Of a stretch of DNA of 64,000 nucleotides, positions 13,301 to 26,507 are shown piece after piece (position 1 is the stretch's first letter; every line of letters begins with the position of its first letter). This DNA is from Bugula neritina (lineage: Eukaryota > Animalia > Bryozoa), in the NCBI GenBank assembly GCA_964035545.1, contig OZ037768.1:5860741-5924740 (forward strand). The letters are read 5' to 3'. The notes under the pieces are model-generated. The model was not told the origin of the DNA. It made no database searches and saw only the letters and a program-made list of their open reading frames with translations. The position numbers and the translations under genes were made by a program.

Positions 13301-16300
13301 ACATTTCACAACTTTTATAGCTTTCTTACAGCTTGGGTTTTCTTTATCTGCAAAGTAAACTAGAAATAACTTCCAGGTAATTTTTTTAAATAACATGATG
13401 CTAGATAAATATAGTTTATATATAATGGCGGAGCTATTCTTACATCAGTTTGATATTTCATGGCATTGTGGTCTTTCAGTAGTTGCAGAGATTTTAGTCT
13501 GTTCGCTTCCCGTTGCCTGCGTAGTTTCTCTACATTCTCTCTATTGCGAGCCATAATTATTCTCAGCTCATTATCCGTCAAATCATTATTGGTAATCATC
13601 TCAACTAAATCTTTGTCCATTTTCTTTATTTTCTACAAAGAGACAGTGTTGTAAGTTAATAAAACTTGAAGTTAAGCCTCACAAAATTCTAAAGCTTTGA
13701 AAACAGTGATATCATACAAAGTTTTCCCTAGCAGTAATTTTCTTAAATGAGTTTAGGAGACTGACCTTATTTTCTTTATCATCTACAAAAAACTCATCAA
13801 CTAATGTTTCGGCATCAACCCTGGCAGCAGCTGCATCTGTTTGCACTGATATACTTTGATTAGAGGGTAGTGTAGTCTGCATACTGGTGCTAATACTGCT
13901 TGCATCACCATCACTTGCTTCATCCTCTGAATCACCCTGGCTGGTTCCAGCACTTTTCTGGTCAAAAAAATACATTGTTGACAGAGATGAAAGATTTTAT
14001 ATACATGAATGCTAGACTAAAACTAAATGTTGAATAACTAATAATACTTGATAGAAACTAGTTAAACTTACTATCGCATCATACATCAGCTTGTCTTTAA
14101 CCTTTCTCCAAAGATTTTTACCAGTAGAAGAGCTAGCTGTAACAGCACCTTCATTCTCCTCTATATTTCTCTGCTTTTCTTGCCATAAGGATATCAAAGC
14201 AGCAAAACTGGCTTGGTTTAAATCTTCCTTATTGGCCCATATAGCCTCGGCTACCCCTTCTTTCAGTTGAGCACTCGCTTTCTATAAATATCCCAAACAT
14301 ATATCTTAAGGCTTGATTAATCTAATCTTAGTTTGTGTAACATTTATGACTGGTTCTCAAATAGAAATTGTAAATTCAATGTTTCAAGCAGAGTGAAGAA
14401 ATTACAGGAAACTTGAGTCTTTTGATTTTGTGGGTAGAAAGCATATGTCTTGAAACTTTAAAGCTGCCAGACATATTTACATGTTTCTATATTCCAGTAA
14501 TTGTGCAGAGTATTTTTCTTTTGCCAACCAATTGGAAACAATGAACTGATATTTTCAACAAATGACCTGAACTCACAATGTAGGATATTTGATTACAAGG
14601 CAACGCAGCCATGACAGCAAACTAGCGTATTGGATGCAGTATTATGTCATTAGAGTAGACTGTTTTGCTTGAGCCTTAATATTCTGCTATCTGCACTTCA
14701 TTCAAGTCACACACAAATGCTTTAGTTAGCAGTTGGCTTTAACAATATTTGCAAATACTGGTATTTAAAATATGGCAATGTTCCTTTGATTAAAGCCTTT
14801 TTCATATTCATGAATGATATTTATGAATGTTGTAATATAACAGAGATGGTGTGTCACAAAAACCAACCAGCGTTTGATCAGCATGGTAATAGTTCTGTTC
14901 ACTTTCACTGTCTGTGTTTTCTTGTGAAACCTGAGAACGAGTGTCTTCTGTTGATGTAACACTTTCGCTGTCTTCATCTCCCAATTTGTCACCTACAATT
15001 ACAGTGTAAATAATATAAAGAGCTATTATTTCAATCAACACAGCGAGAATGAGGTGTAAAAATGCAAAAATGTGGTGAGCATCGGCTGCAGTAGTTACAT
15101 GCCACACACAATCTGTTGGCAGCGGGAGAAAAACTCAAGTGACTAATTGTATTTACTGTACATGTAATGAATTATTTCATTTGAATATTTCAAATTCTCA
15201 ATAATGTGCAATTGGTTGGAATAAAAACTTAAAACTCAAATGCAGAAAAGTAGGCCCACTAAATAATGATCAGCTAATTAAATTCCTACAGCAGAAACAT
15301 TTTTCCAATATTTTTTTTGCATTTTGACAGCATGAAATTCTTACAAAATAGCCCTATTTTGCAGCCTCCGTGTAGAAATTGACTCCAAGAAGCACTAGTT
15401 TCAGCAGTGGCTTTACCATTGACCAACTAAAGACAGTTTTTAATTTCCAATGCATTATAGTTTCAATATTAGAAGTTTAGTAACTCACTAGAATAAAAAT
15501 ATTGAATTGAAAAGTTAAACAAAACACATTGTATTCATATGCTACTGTATATTGCACGCCAAGCCAATAATTCACGTACCACTTAATGAAGTTTTGTACT
15601 GTGCTAAAAGACCTTCATCATCCTCAAAATCATTTTCGTAATCAACCATATCAAAATCATGTTGATCATCCACTTTACGGCTAACATAATGTGAATTTTC
15701 GAATGTTGCCGTTTCCTCATGCCGACTGCTGTAGTGGTTGATCCGCTGATTGACGGTACCAGCAACTACACCAGTCCGTAGAAGATCATCATTCTCATCC
15801 GAATCCTGACTTTCTTCTTGTTGAACAGTAGCAGGCGCTTCTTTTTGAACAACAGGTTTTTCAGGCTGATAGCTTACGTTAGCTATGTACCTTGGGTCAG
15901 CAGTAATTACTGTAAACCCAGAGAAACCAACAGTAGATTTCACAGCAGAGTTACCTGGACCAGAGTTCCTGTGGAGCTCAGCTAAACCAGCTGCGGAACG
16001 GTTGGTAGAGTGTCCAACCTGATGAGTCGCAGTTGCAGTAAGAATTCTAGATTGTGGTATTGCATCATCACCTTCACTTTCTTCACTGCTGGATGCTCGG
16101 TTCCATATTGATGCTGACTGAAAGTTATTCCCGGAGTTTGAATTCTTCTGATTAGAAGACTTACTTTCAGCCTTCTCAACGGTGCCTTGAGTATGGTAAG
16201 TAATTGCGTCCTCTTGTCGGGAGGAAAATCTTGCACTATCTTTAGTAGAAGACGAGACTTCAGTATGTCTATCTGTTACATTCCCATCTGCGTCTACTGT

Positions 16301-19300
16301 CACAGTGCGCCCCCTGGTAGCGCCAATAGATTTTAATTTGGCTCTGGTTAGAGGAGGCAGCCTTTGAACTATTGGGTGATCAACTGTTGAAGTTACCAAT
16401 TTTGTTTCTACCTTATAACTGATAGGCCCGGCAGTAGATTTATACAGCTGGGGGTTCTCTTTTATTGCTGATTGAACCTGAATATAGTGGGATATGAATA
16501 TTTGGCAAGTGGTAAATTGGAATGCCAGTCTAGTTTTATAACATTCCTTAAAACATTGTTTTAGCATAGTAGTAGTAATTCTACCAGTATAAATATTAAG
16601 ATAAACAAAATCCTAGCAATGAAGTTGCCACTACGAGAAGCTGATTCTTAAAGCATAGAAATATATAAATAAAATCAAACTAGCACCAAAAATGCAACTG
16701 CTGCAAATAAAATTAATCACAAACTTCAATGCTTTCAACAACAAAAATTATCACCAAACAGCAATCTTTAAAAATTTATTCATATAAATAATATTTAACT
16801 CAAAATTAGTTACACTTTTGAAATTATAAATACCTGAATGTAGGCAGCTATTTGATCTTTTGTCTGTCTGGTTCTCATGTAGCTGCGCAGTTTGATGTGC
16901 TCCTCGATGATGCTATCAAGTTTCTGCTCCGTCATCTCTGAACCTCGGCCATGGAGTAACTTGATGGCGCATAGTCGGTCACTTTTAACCAACTCCTGCT
17001 CAACAAAGTATTATATTTATAAATTAAAGTTGAAAATAAGGATATGCACATACGAGCTGGAAACACTTGCTGCATGATCTGATAGATCTGTCATGGTGAA
17101 CAATTTTTAAAAATTAATTACCAAACTTTTCTACACAAATCCTCAACACAACCAACAATAATACTCATCATTGCTGAGTGTTACGTAATTGTTAAATATT
17201 AGCTTATGTTGCTTTACTTTTTAAACAAAAACAAAATTTGCTAGCTTTCAATTTTCACTAAATCGTTGGACATGACTGAACCTACAAGAAGTTGCTTTAC
17301 TAATTTTTCATACAATTTTTTATTTTATAGCATAGGAAAAGGTTACCAGCTGTTTTGCATTTGTTTAGAAAAAAATAATAAACTGTATATTCCAGTAAAC
17401 TTTTCTTATGAGCCTAATGTAGTAGTTATGCTTCAAATAATATTTTTAGGTAGCCAAACAAATATATGCAAATTAGATTCCTTAAAATGAAAAGAAAACA
17501 TTTGCTGAAAATTATCATATAGAAGTATAATTTAAAAACTGGTTGCATTAGCTACATTTATCTAAACCAAACAGGTGAACAGCTTTTTCTACTAACTATT
17601 AGCAGCCATTAGAAATTTCACCAGTTACCTGTTGTGTTAATAAGGAAAACTCAGACTCATAGAAATAAGTTTAACCTCTACCAAACTTGATGTTTTAAAG
17701 CTAATTTCAGTGAAATGTGAACTTTTTAAACTTTTAAGAAAACTCTTTAGCAACATCTTTATGCAGTAATACATAAGATAGAAAAAATCATACACAAATG
17801 ATAAAAACACATGCATTGTAAATTAAAATGCTTGTGCTAATCAACTAAATTAAGCATTTAAAGCCAAATAAAATTTAGTTATTTTATTAAAACATTATTA
17901 AAACACACAAATGTATATTCATAATTACATTATGGATGAGCAGATACTAGAAACTTCTCGTTTTATTAAAATATTTTAAATAGTGAAAATTAATAAAAAG
18001 AAATCCGCTGTTGCAGAGTTTGGATTGTAGGGATAATTGAATTATTGGTGAAAACTTCATTATTTTTTATCAACTCAAACATAGAATATGCAGTTTCTAA
18101 CCTATTTGTTTACAATCTTATAATTGTCATAAAATAATATAAAATCTTATTTATGTAAGAAAATTAATGTTACTAAGCCCAACAATGAAATATGAAATAT
18201 GTGTAATGCTAAAAATTCAGCATGGGAGTTTTTAAACAAGTCTATAGTTTTTCGACCATTTTACTAAACCATGATTGCTATTTATTACATTATCACTTGT
18301 GTGCTTGCAGCCTTGGTGCTAATGTATCCATTGGACATTAATACTATTAGTGAAAAATGTAAATATGAGATTTTTTCAAACTCATCAATTCTACAAAACC
18401 GAACACTCACTGATGCTTACAGATCCAAAAGCCAACCATGTCAGCTCATCATAGAGACAATTCAAACAGGAAGTAACAAGAAAGAAAATTTTACCCAAAG
18501 TATATGTGACACGAGTAAAAGATTTGATGAAGAGAATGCTTCGAAGACAATAAAATCTCTACTTTCAGAAGAGTGCTTGTCTAGGCTGTCCATTGATAAC
18601 TTAGACTACGAGAACAACTCTAGAAGCAAAAGACAAGCCAATTTTTTGGTTATATATGCCGGTAAGTTTAGAGCCGCAAAATGAATGGAGGATACGAACA
18701 GACGTTTGTATTTTAATTATATACTATCTGAGTGACTTGACTGAGTGTTTTCTAATAAAAGTGCTCAACGCATTAAGCTACAATTTAAATCGTAATTGTG
18801 TAATAAATTCTTGTCTTGATTACAAAAAGTAATATATAAAGTAATTGCTTTCAACATCCATCATTATAGGCACTAAGTACTGCGGTAAAGGTAACATATC
18901 CAGTTCATACACTGACTTGGGAACTGACCCTGCTGACATATGCTGCCGGGAACATGATAGCTGCCTATTATACGTTGCTGCTCAAGAAAGTAAATACGAA
19001 TACACCAATAACAACAATAACATATACCAAGTGCATTGCCAGTGTGATCAAAGGTAGCATTCACGTTACTGTGTTTCTGAATTTACTACAACAACTTACT
19101 AAGTTACATTTATAATGATAAAGTTAGAGTCTTTTTTATAAATTTGACTTTTTCCACACTACAAAAAAAATCAACAATTTTATAGTAGATTGTAGCTATA
19201 GTTTTTACATTTTAAAGAGGTTGTGAAGATATTAAACTATTAGATGCTTAATTATTAGAGCCCAATATCGATTATTTGTATATGTAGAAAATCAAGTGTA

Positions 19301-22300
19301 AATTATTTTTCATCTAGGTTGCATATTAGAGTTGCATTTTTTTATATTTTTAACAAATTGAAAAATTCAACTTTGAAAAAACATTTCAATTTTTAACAGA
19401 ACTCTTTCCCATACCCCAATCATTAACTAGAATCCAAAATGTGTACACATATAATGTTTATCTTTATGTTATATATTTTGACCATTTCAACATTCAAAAT
19501 ATATTGTTTTAGATTTTATTGGTGTCTAAAAAGAATGAATTATATATTTGGAGCAAATATAACCGCAGCAGATAATATAAGGAGCTTGTTTTTCGGCACG
19601 CTAGGATCCACTTGCTTTTATTTTGAAAGTGATTTGCATTGTATTAAATATGAAAATCGTTGTACACAGAGCCTGATATTTTTTGAGTCCTGCACAACTA
19701 TTTGTATTGTTTATGCACAAAAATATGCTGGAAAAGAAGGATGGACAAAAACCGGTCAGATAGAGGCAGTACCAAACACATAGTTTATTGAAATATTCAC
19801 TTAATTGGCAAGATTACAACAAAGTTTTATACCACAGTTACTTGACGTTTTCTAATATATACCTGGACATGGAGTTATTTACCAGACAGATAAATAACTA
19901 ATAAATAAATCTACAGCTAGTTAGAGATTTCTATACCAGAACGAAAGAAAACTTGATAAAAATAATTACTGTATCAAGTCATTTAAAAATGATGCTCTAC
20001 ATGAAAATATCAACACTATATTATTATTCTGTGTAGGATATAAAATATAATGCAAGGAATTTAATGTGTATTTTTGCTGAACTATTTTAATACTGCTCTT
20101 TCAGAAATAAATTTTGCACTTATTTAAATGTAGACTGATTGCCTGCCTGCGTTCATAATATCCACTGTTTCGACTAACACAACTATATCAGCCATTTTAC
20201 AACTGTCTGAGCTTTCTGTACGGCGTTGCGGTACGTTAGGATCAAGCACTGCTTGATTCAAACAAGTTGCAGTGGGCTCCTACTAGACATGAAGATATTC
20301 ACGTCAATTCGTTGAATATAAATGCCCAATGAGGTGTCATAGATTGTACCCAATAGCGCACTTGGAGAACTTCAGCTCGGAAACATTAAAAATGGCTGAC
20401 ATTTTATGTTACGGCCTACGATACCACAATGTGTGAATGAGGGGTAAAGGCGTTGCCTATCTCACGCTATTCATACTACCATATTTTATTACATCTACAT
20501 TGTGGCCCACCACAAGTAACTAAAGTAGTTAAGCACTGGACATTGCTATTCGGCAAAAAGTTCATTATAAACTGATTATCTTTTATATCAAATAAATTGC
20601 AAAAGAAAAAAGAAAGATATTAGGACAAAGTTTTCTTGAGTAGCCATATGGCTTTTGGTAACAAGAGTGTGACAAAGAAAACCAAGAAGTCATGTAAAGC
20701 CTATGCTAGTTCTACAGTATTGTGACCTTACATCAAAACATGCTCTATGCTAGTTCTACAGTACTTGTCACCTTACATCAAAACATACTCTATGCTAGTT
20801 CTACAGTACTGTGACCTCACATCATAACATACTCTACGTTAGTTCTACAGTATAATAGTCTCACCTGATGATGTCGCCTGCTGAGTGAGTCAATCTGTTC
20901 TAAGATATAATTATCTTCTAGAGAATTACTGGCCGGCTCAAATTCTATTCCCTGTAAAGAAAAGACACTGTAAATAGAAAATCTAGCACAAGATTTACAG
21001 CCTGGGAAAGATAACTTCAGTCATCTGATTCCTTAATGTTCTGTCACCTTCTGCATTATCAGACTTCCTTTGATGAAGGTCTGATGAGTCAGAGAAAATT
21101 AGGTCTTGAATGATTCGATTTTTAGTGCATGCATCTCCCTAACATTATATGTAAATGATAATAATCACTTTAGAACGAATGGTATTGCCATGTAATAAAA
21201 ATTGCAAGAACAACTAGGCTAATCAAATTGGTGAAATAAAAAGCAAATTCAAGAATGGGTATGCTACTTCTGCTACTTCTGAACAAAGGTATTTCAACAT
21301 TTTATCTACTTTTTGCAAACTTGAAATAATTTTGGTTTTATATGTTTTAAAAGAACATGATTTTTGGCATTTTAAGTATAACAAAAACTTACTGATTCAT
21401 CTTCATGGCCGCCATACAGGAAGTGGTGCATCTGACAAAGTGTTGTTATCAAATTAGTTATTTCAGTAACGTCATCGTTGGAATTACTAGCTTCAACTTG
21501 TAGCTTTTTCAATAACTCTATTTGAGTTGCATCAAACAGCTATAAAATATTACTATATGAGTTTATGCAACAACCAGAGTAAATTTAAACAAGCAAGTCG
21601 TAACTACATTTCTCCAAAAATTCACAAAACAACTCGCTAAAACAGATGTCAATGATAACATAAAACTAACCATTCGCTTTTCCGCCATCTCAGCAATAAA
21701 GTCATCACCTTGCCGGATATCTTCATCCGTAAGTAACAAGTTGTTTGGTGGTGGCCAAGTCATTTCTCTTAAGCTGTAGTCTAGTTCCAAACCACCTCCA
21801 GCCTGCCAATCTGTTTCTGTAGAACAAATTCATTAATAATAGCTAATATATAAAGTTGAGCAGTTATAACAGCTACTAATTAACACAGCTGTGTTAAATC
21901 TTGTGTAACAAAACTCTTTACCTGTAAGAAATTGCTGCCTTATTGATGAGCAAAACTAAATTTACAAACTTTTGACAGACATTTGAAATCTTGAATATAA
22001 AGGATGATCAACTGACATAAATGGAAACCTTAACCATGGCTGGATTGATTTGGCTTAAACTTACTGACACTGAGTGAATCAGTCAGAAGTAAAAAATAAA
22101 CATATTCAGGGCAAGTAAAACCTCTGTGGATTTTCAAGGTTTTGAACTACACTCACAAGTACATGACTTTCAAAATTAGGGAGGTGGGTTTGGTGAACGC
22201 AGTGAGCTGCTCCTAAAGTACTAAAGTTTACACAGATTCTACAGTGACATGCAAATTATAAAATACTTACTAATAATCACTAGCATTGGGCTGATATCAG

Positions 22301-23635
22301 CATTAAAAGAAAAATGTCAACCAGAACTTAAGAGAATAAAAATGTAAACTGACTAAAACAAAACATCTGAAGAAAATAAGCTGTGGCTTAATGTACTACA
22401 GAGTAGAAGCTTCCCATGATGTTATATTCTTCTTCAGTGAGGAAGAAAGCTGTATACAGATATTATGATGAATGAAAAAACAATAAAGACAATGGAAGCT
22501 GCAGTGAGAGAATGGTAAACAGCACGTAAGTTCAAACTAAGATAAACTTGAACTTTGCATTTGCTGATGTTAGCCAGTGTACATGCACACCCTGCAGCTA
22601 CTTTACACTTTACAGCCAAAAATGAGAAGTTAAGACAGAGGGATTTCTTCTTTAATTATGGAATACAGCAACAATAACAGCAGCCATTCTTTGTACAGTC
22701 TGCAAATTTTCCGAAAAAGATTCAGTCACAAGTGACTCATATAGTCATGTCTAAACTGTTACTGGCTGACTAAATTCTACAGTGTTGGTGATGCAGACTT
22801 TTTGTTCTGGAATCTACTTTTACATATTTTAATTTTCTAAATGTCTTTATTTTTCATTTTTTTGAATGTAAGAAACCGATTTATAGATGCTTATAAAAGT
22901 TAATTGATATTATTTCCTATTTATATAAAATATGACTATGGGCAAATACGGACCTTAATACTTTTTCCTGAGAGCCTTATTTCAACAGTATAATAAAAAA
23001 GAATGCTGTATTGTAATGAAATGGAGCTTAAAGTGGCATATATAGGCTTACTACATTTGATAAAAACAATACGAATGAAAGCATGTTTGGCTGAATTATG
23101 TTTCAACATACTTATAATACCAACTAGTACACAGTAAAAAATACATGGTGATTCTGTGACCAGATCTAATAGAAATAGAAATCAGTCTTTTATTTTATAA
23201 AAATAAAAAAAGAGGTGCGATGATATATACTCTAGAGTCTAGAACCTAGGCTAAAGTAAAAATGCAATGCTGAAAAAAGAAATAAAATTAAGGGCGCGCA
23301 CACAGAAATAGTTACTGACCTGTAATGTTATTGCCACCAGCTGGAATAGAAGCACCACGAGACTGGATTGATGGAGGTGGTGATTCATTTCTGTCAGAAG
23401 GCAGTTGAGGGTATAAGCCTGGCACATAGTGCTGTGGCATATTTCCTTGATGAAAATTATAATTGGGCATTTGTGGTTGATAAACCTGTGGTGGCTGCAC
23501 ATGAGAACCCACTTGAGGTGCGTAGTAATATGTCGGAGGTGGTGGTCTTTGCCTGGTTTGTTGTGATTCAATCACAGCAGGCTGCTGTCTACCAATAGCA
23601 GGAGTAGCTGTAGGTTGGCTAGCCCCACTTCCCAT
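10385..23635 (-). CDS. Uncharacterised ~1025-aa protein: MGSGAS N-terminus, P/Q-rich segment, long low-complexity middle, charged coiled-coil C-terminus
   Basis: 14 phase-consistent GT-AG exons: 23635-23320, 21816-21671, 21539-21393, 20951-20865, 16995-16834, 16477-15580, 14992-14868, 14281-14072, 13957-13766, 13632-13444, 13268-13029, 12727-12692, 11052-10888, 10549-10385. Ends KKQMKKKKALA*. A probable 5'UTR exon donor (GTGAGT) lies at ~24146. No family recognised. Confidence 0.75.
11357..12669. mobile_element. Non-autonomous DNA transposon (TIR element, TA target-site duplication; Tc1/mariner-pogo-like by inference)
   Basis: The left end GGGGTAATGGGGGCACAACGG and right end CCGTTGTGCCCCGTTACCCC are inverted repeats flanked by agTA and TAct. 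Internal repeats GGCCCATTGTGCCC / GGGGTACAATGGGCC occur at ~11540-11590 and ~12250-12310. No transposase ORF. Confidence 0.85.
18271..19783 (+). CDS. Secreted group III (bee-venom-type) phospholipase A2, nested antisense in an intron of the uncharacterised gene
   Basis: Exons 18271-18661, 18870-19053, 19513-19783 (~281 aa). Hydrophobic signal peptide, propeptide ending RSKR, then VIYAGTKYCGKGN (Ca2+ loop), DICCREHDSC (catalytic His-Asp) and HCQCDQRFYWCLK. Confidence 0.9.
20701..20852. repeat. Intronic minisatellite, ~44-bp unit, ~3.4 copies
   Basis: CTATGCTAGTTCTACAGTAYTGTGACCTTACATCAAAACATACT repeated. Confidence 0.9.
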
Positions 23636-24759
23636 CTTACTACAAAAACATGTACTCTGCATCAAGCACTTAAATTCAGAGCTTGAAAATGTTTTTATGT
23701 AGAAATTTATCTTTGCACCTTTTAGTATAAAAATACGCTTATTAGAATTATATTTTTTAATATAAAGTGCCGTATTATATGAAAGTGAAAACAAAAACTT
23801 GTCTACACTGTAACTAAAAACGAAACCCGTCAGTGCTATACAACATTTATTAATGTAAACTAAAGCACTGCTTTGGTGGCAGGTTTAATCAATTAGTATA
23901 CTGATAAAATATAATAACAATATCCAATGATAAATTTAATAAGTAAAACCCATGCTAGAAGCTTTGTGTTTGTTTAAAATATTTTACATTAAGACTAGTG
24001 AAAAATATCACTAAAAGTGAGACAATATGTTGAAACTAACAAAACTGTTTTTCACCTTTGATCAACACTGTGGTTATTTTCAAAGTAAAAACTGTCAACA
24101 AATGGTACATCAGAATTTGATAGTTTGTATTTGGTTACTAACTCACCCAGTAATTGCCTATCGTAGTCCTTGGTACAGCCGAGAGTCGGTGTATTATTAA
24201 GTGCTGCTCAGCTGGGTTGCAATATTAGCTCCTGCTTCTATCTTGATCTGTGGAAAAAGTAAAACGCTCGGTTTAGGGTATTCACCTGGTGGTGCTTCAC
24301 ATTTGGCTTCTAGGCTGAACACTCACTATTACACCCTAACGATTTCTTAGTTTATGTATTTACTTATTCTCTTTAACTTTAACTTGGTGCATTATTTTAT
24401 TTATTTTGCTTATTGTATGCATACATACTCTCTTGTATACGCATCATATTATTTATAATCATCATACAGGCCACATCTACACTATACTCTATATTACTGT
24501 AGCCCATTTGACTTAATTAAGTTATAGTTATGTTTTCTCTTTCGGACATGAGAAACACGTGCTAATTATTAGATTCAAAACTATGATATAAAACAGATAT
24601 TAAAAAATAAACTGATTTGATTTAATCAATGATTTTACTTGCCCTATGTGTAATTTAGTTCAAATAAAAGTTATAGTTGTAGTTTGTACTATATAATTTA
24701 TACTTCATTAAATATTTACACCTAATTTTTCAAGTTAAATCATTTTGGAATTATAATTA

Positions 24760-26290
24760 TTGTACAATAATAGTCACCATCATTTATATTTAAAGCTTCT
24801 CATCTCAACATAATAAACAAGAACATGCTACAAAAAATATTAAAGTATTAATATCCTTTCACCATCAGTATCACAACAAATATCAAATATGAAATATGAC
24901 AATTCATCATTTTTATGGCCTACAAGTATAATAATTATATTGGATATAATATTGGTAATCATATTCAATATTATAAGTTTAATGATAGACATAGTCATTG
25001 ACTTTGAGTTTGACCTTGAGACTTGAGTAATCAGCAATGACATTTTGTTTTTGATTTCGTAATGAGTAGGTAATCAGTAATGGCGGTTAATGTTATGGTT
25101 ATACTTAAAGTTATCCTTAGTCTTATCACTTATATTTATAAATTATGCTTTAATCTTATAGTTATTATAGATATATTTATAATAATATATTAATAATAAT
25201 ATTAATATTAATAATAATATTAATTGATAATTATATTCTATCTCAAATAATCATAATCATAATGGTAAACAATAAAAAAAATCAAATTGCAACTCTTACT
25301 CTAATAGTAATAGATATACTAAAGAACGCTGGTAATTCTGTATAAATATAGCAGTTCGTGTAAATTATTATGACTATTAGTATTACAATTAGTATTAGAG
25401 AGCCACACCATAATCATAATGATCATCATGATCATTAAACCTGTGACCAGTGTCTTCAATTGTTTTGACTTTGCTTAGCAAAGCTAACATCTGCTCTTTG
25501 CACGAAAGAAGGGGAAGTCCAAAACAAAAACGTTTAGAGCGCCGGTTAGAGAATGAATCAGAAACTGTGCTATAAAATCCAGGTTGTTTGTTTCCTCTTT
25601 TTACTAAAGAGTAATAATTAGATCAATCGTATTGAAATTAATGTTGCTACTAAGAAATTGGCAAGTTACCATTAATATTAGTATAACTATAAGTATTACT
25701 ATACTAATATTACTACTACTACTAGTATTAGACACCAGTAATGGTATCACATTAACTCATTTATTGTTAATAACTCTAACTATAAGTCTAACAATGATGA
25801 TTTTATCATAATCATAATGATGATGATTTAAATTAATCTTACTATTACTCTTGGCTACTCTTAGTCTTAGTCTTATGTTCAGTCTACTCCTTGCAGTTGA
25901 GTTAAAGTTATACTTATTGTTAAACTTAATCTTGAAGTGAATGTTAAACTTTATGTTATACTTATACTTAATCTTATTGTTAAACTAAACTAATGACTAA
26001 ACTAAAAGTAAAAGTTATTCTCTGTTACTTATATTATTATAACTTATATTGATGTTCATATACTTATACTTATAGTTATAATCACACTAAATCTAACAGT
26101 AACTGACTCAGTAACTTTTCCTTTTGCTATTTTACTTTTAGTTTTACTTTTAGTTTTGCAGTAACTGTAACTGTAAGTGAGTAAAGCTTTTTTGTCTTAC
26201 AGTTAGGCTTAGTGTTGGTGTTACTCTAAGTCATATTGATGTTGAATTTAATGGTAGTAGTCAGTTGAAACTGCATATAAGAAAATCTCG
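24760..26290. repeat. Degenerate 3/6-nt periodic tracts flanking a unique island (~25430-25610) upstream of RIC3
   Basis: Examples: CTTAGT-CTTAGT-CTTATG, ATACTT-ATACTT-ATAGTT, GTAACT-GTAACT-GTAAGT and ACAGTT-AGGCTT-AGTGTT-GGTGTT. Confidence 0.7.
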
Positions 26291-26507
26291 AACTAACTTT
26301 TAGTATATTATATTATTATAATTATTATATATATTTACTGAGACTCACCAGTTTTAACTGGCATTAAAAGCCTGTAAGCCAATTGAAGAATTAAATTAAT
26401 TTAGGATCTTATTTTCTTCAACTTTAACTTCTGACTTTTGTTGTTTGAATCATGGTTTGACTTAACATGACTTCAATTCAATTCTGAATAATTAAATTGT
26501 AGCTGAA

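Noticed and set aside
20130-20480. GC-richer patch with inverted CAGCCATTTT/AAAATGGCTG words
   Set aside because: No clear termini, TSD or ORF; it may be a repeat fragment but cannot be classified by eye.
20701-20852. CRISPR-like regular repeats
   Set aside because: Head-to-tail units without unique spacers, in a eukaryotic intron; an ordinary minisatellite.
24840-25043. Ile/Met/Ser-rich ORFs in periodic tracts (also 53957-54166 and 55119-55304)
   Set aside because: Artefacts of 3/6-nt periodic composition, with no splice structure or protein-like features.
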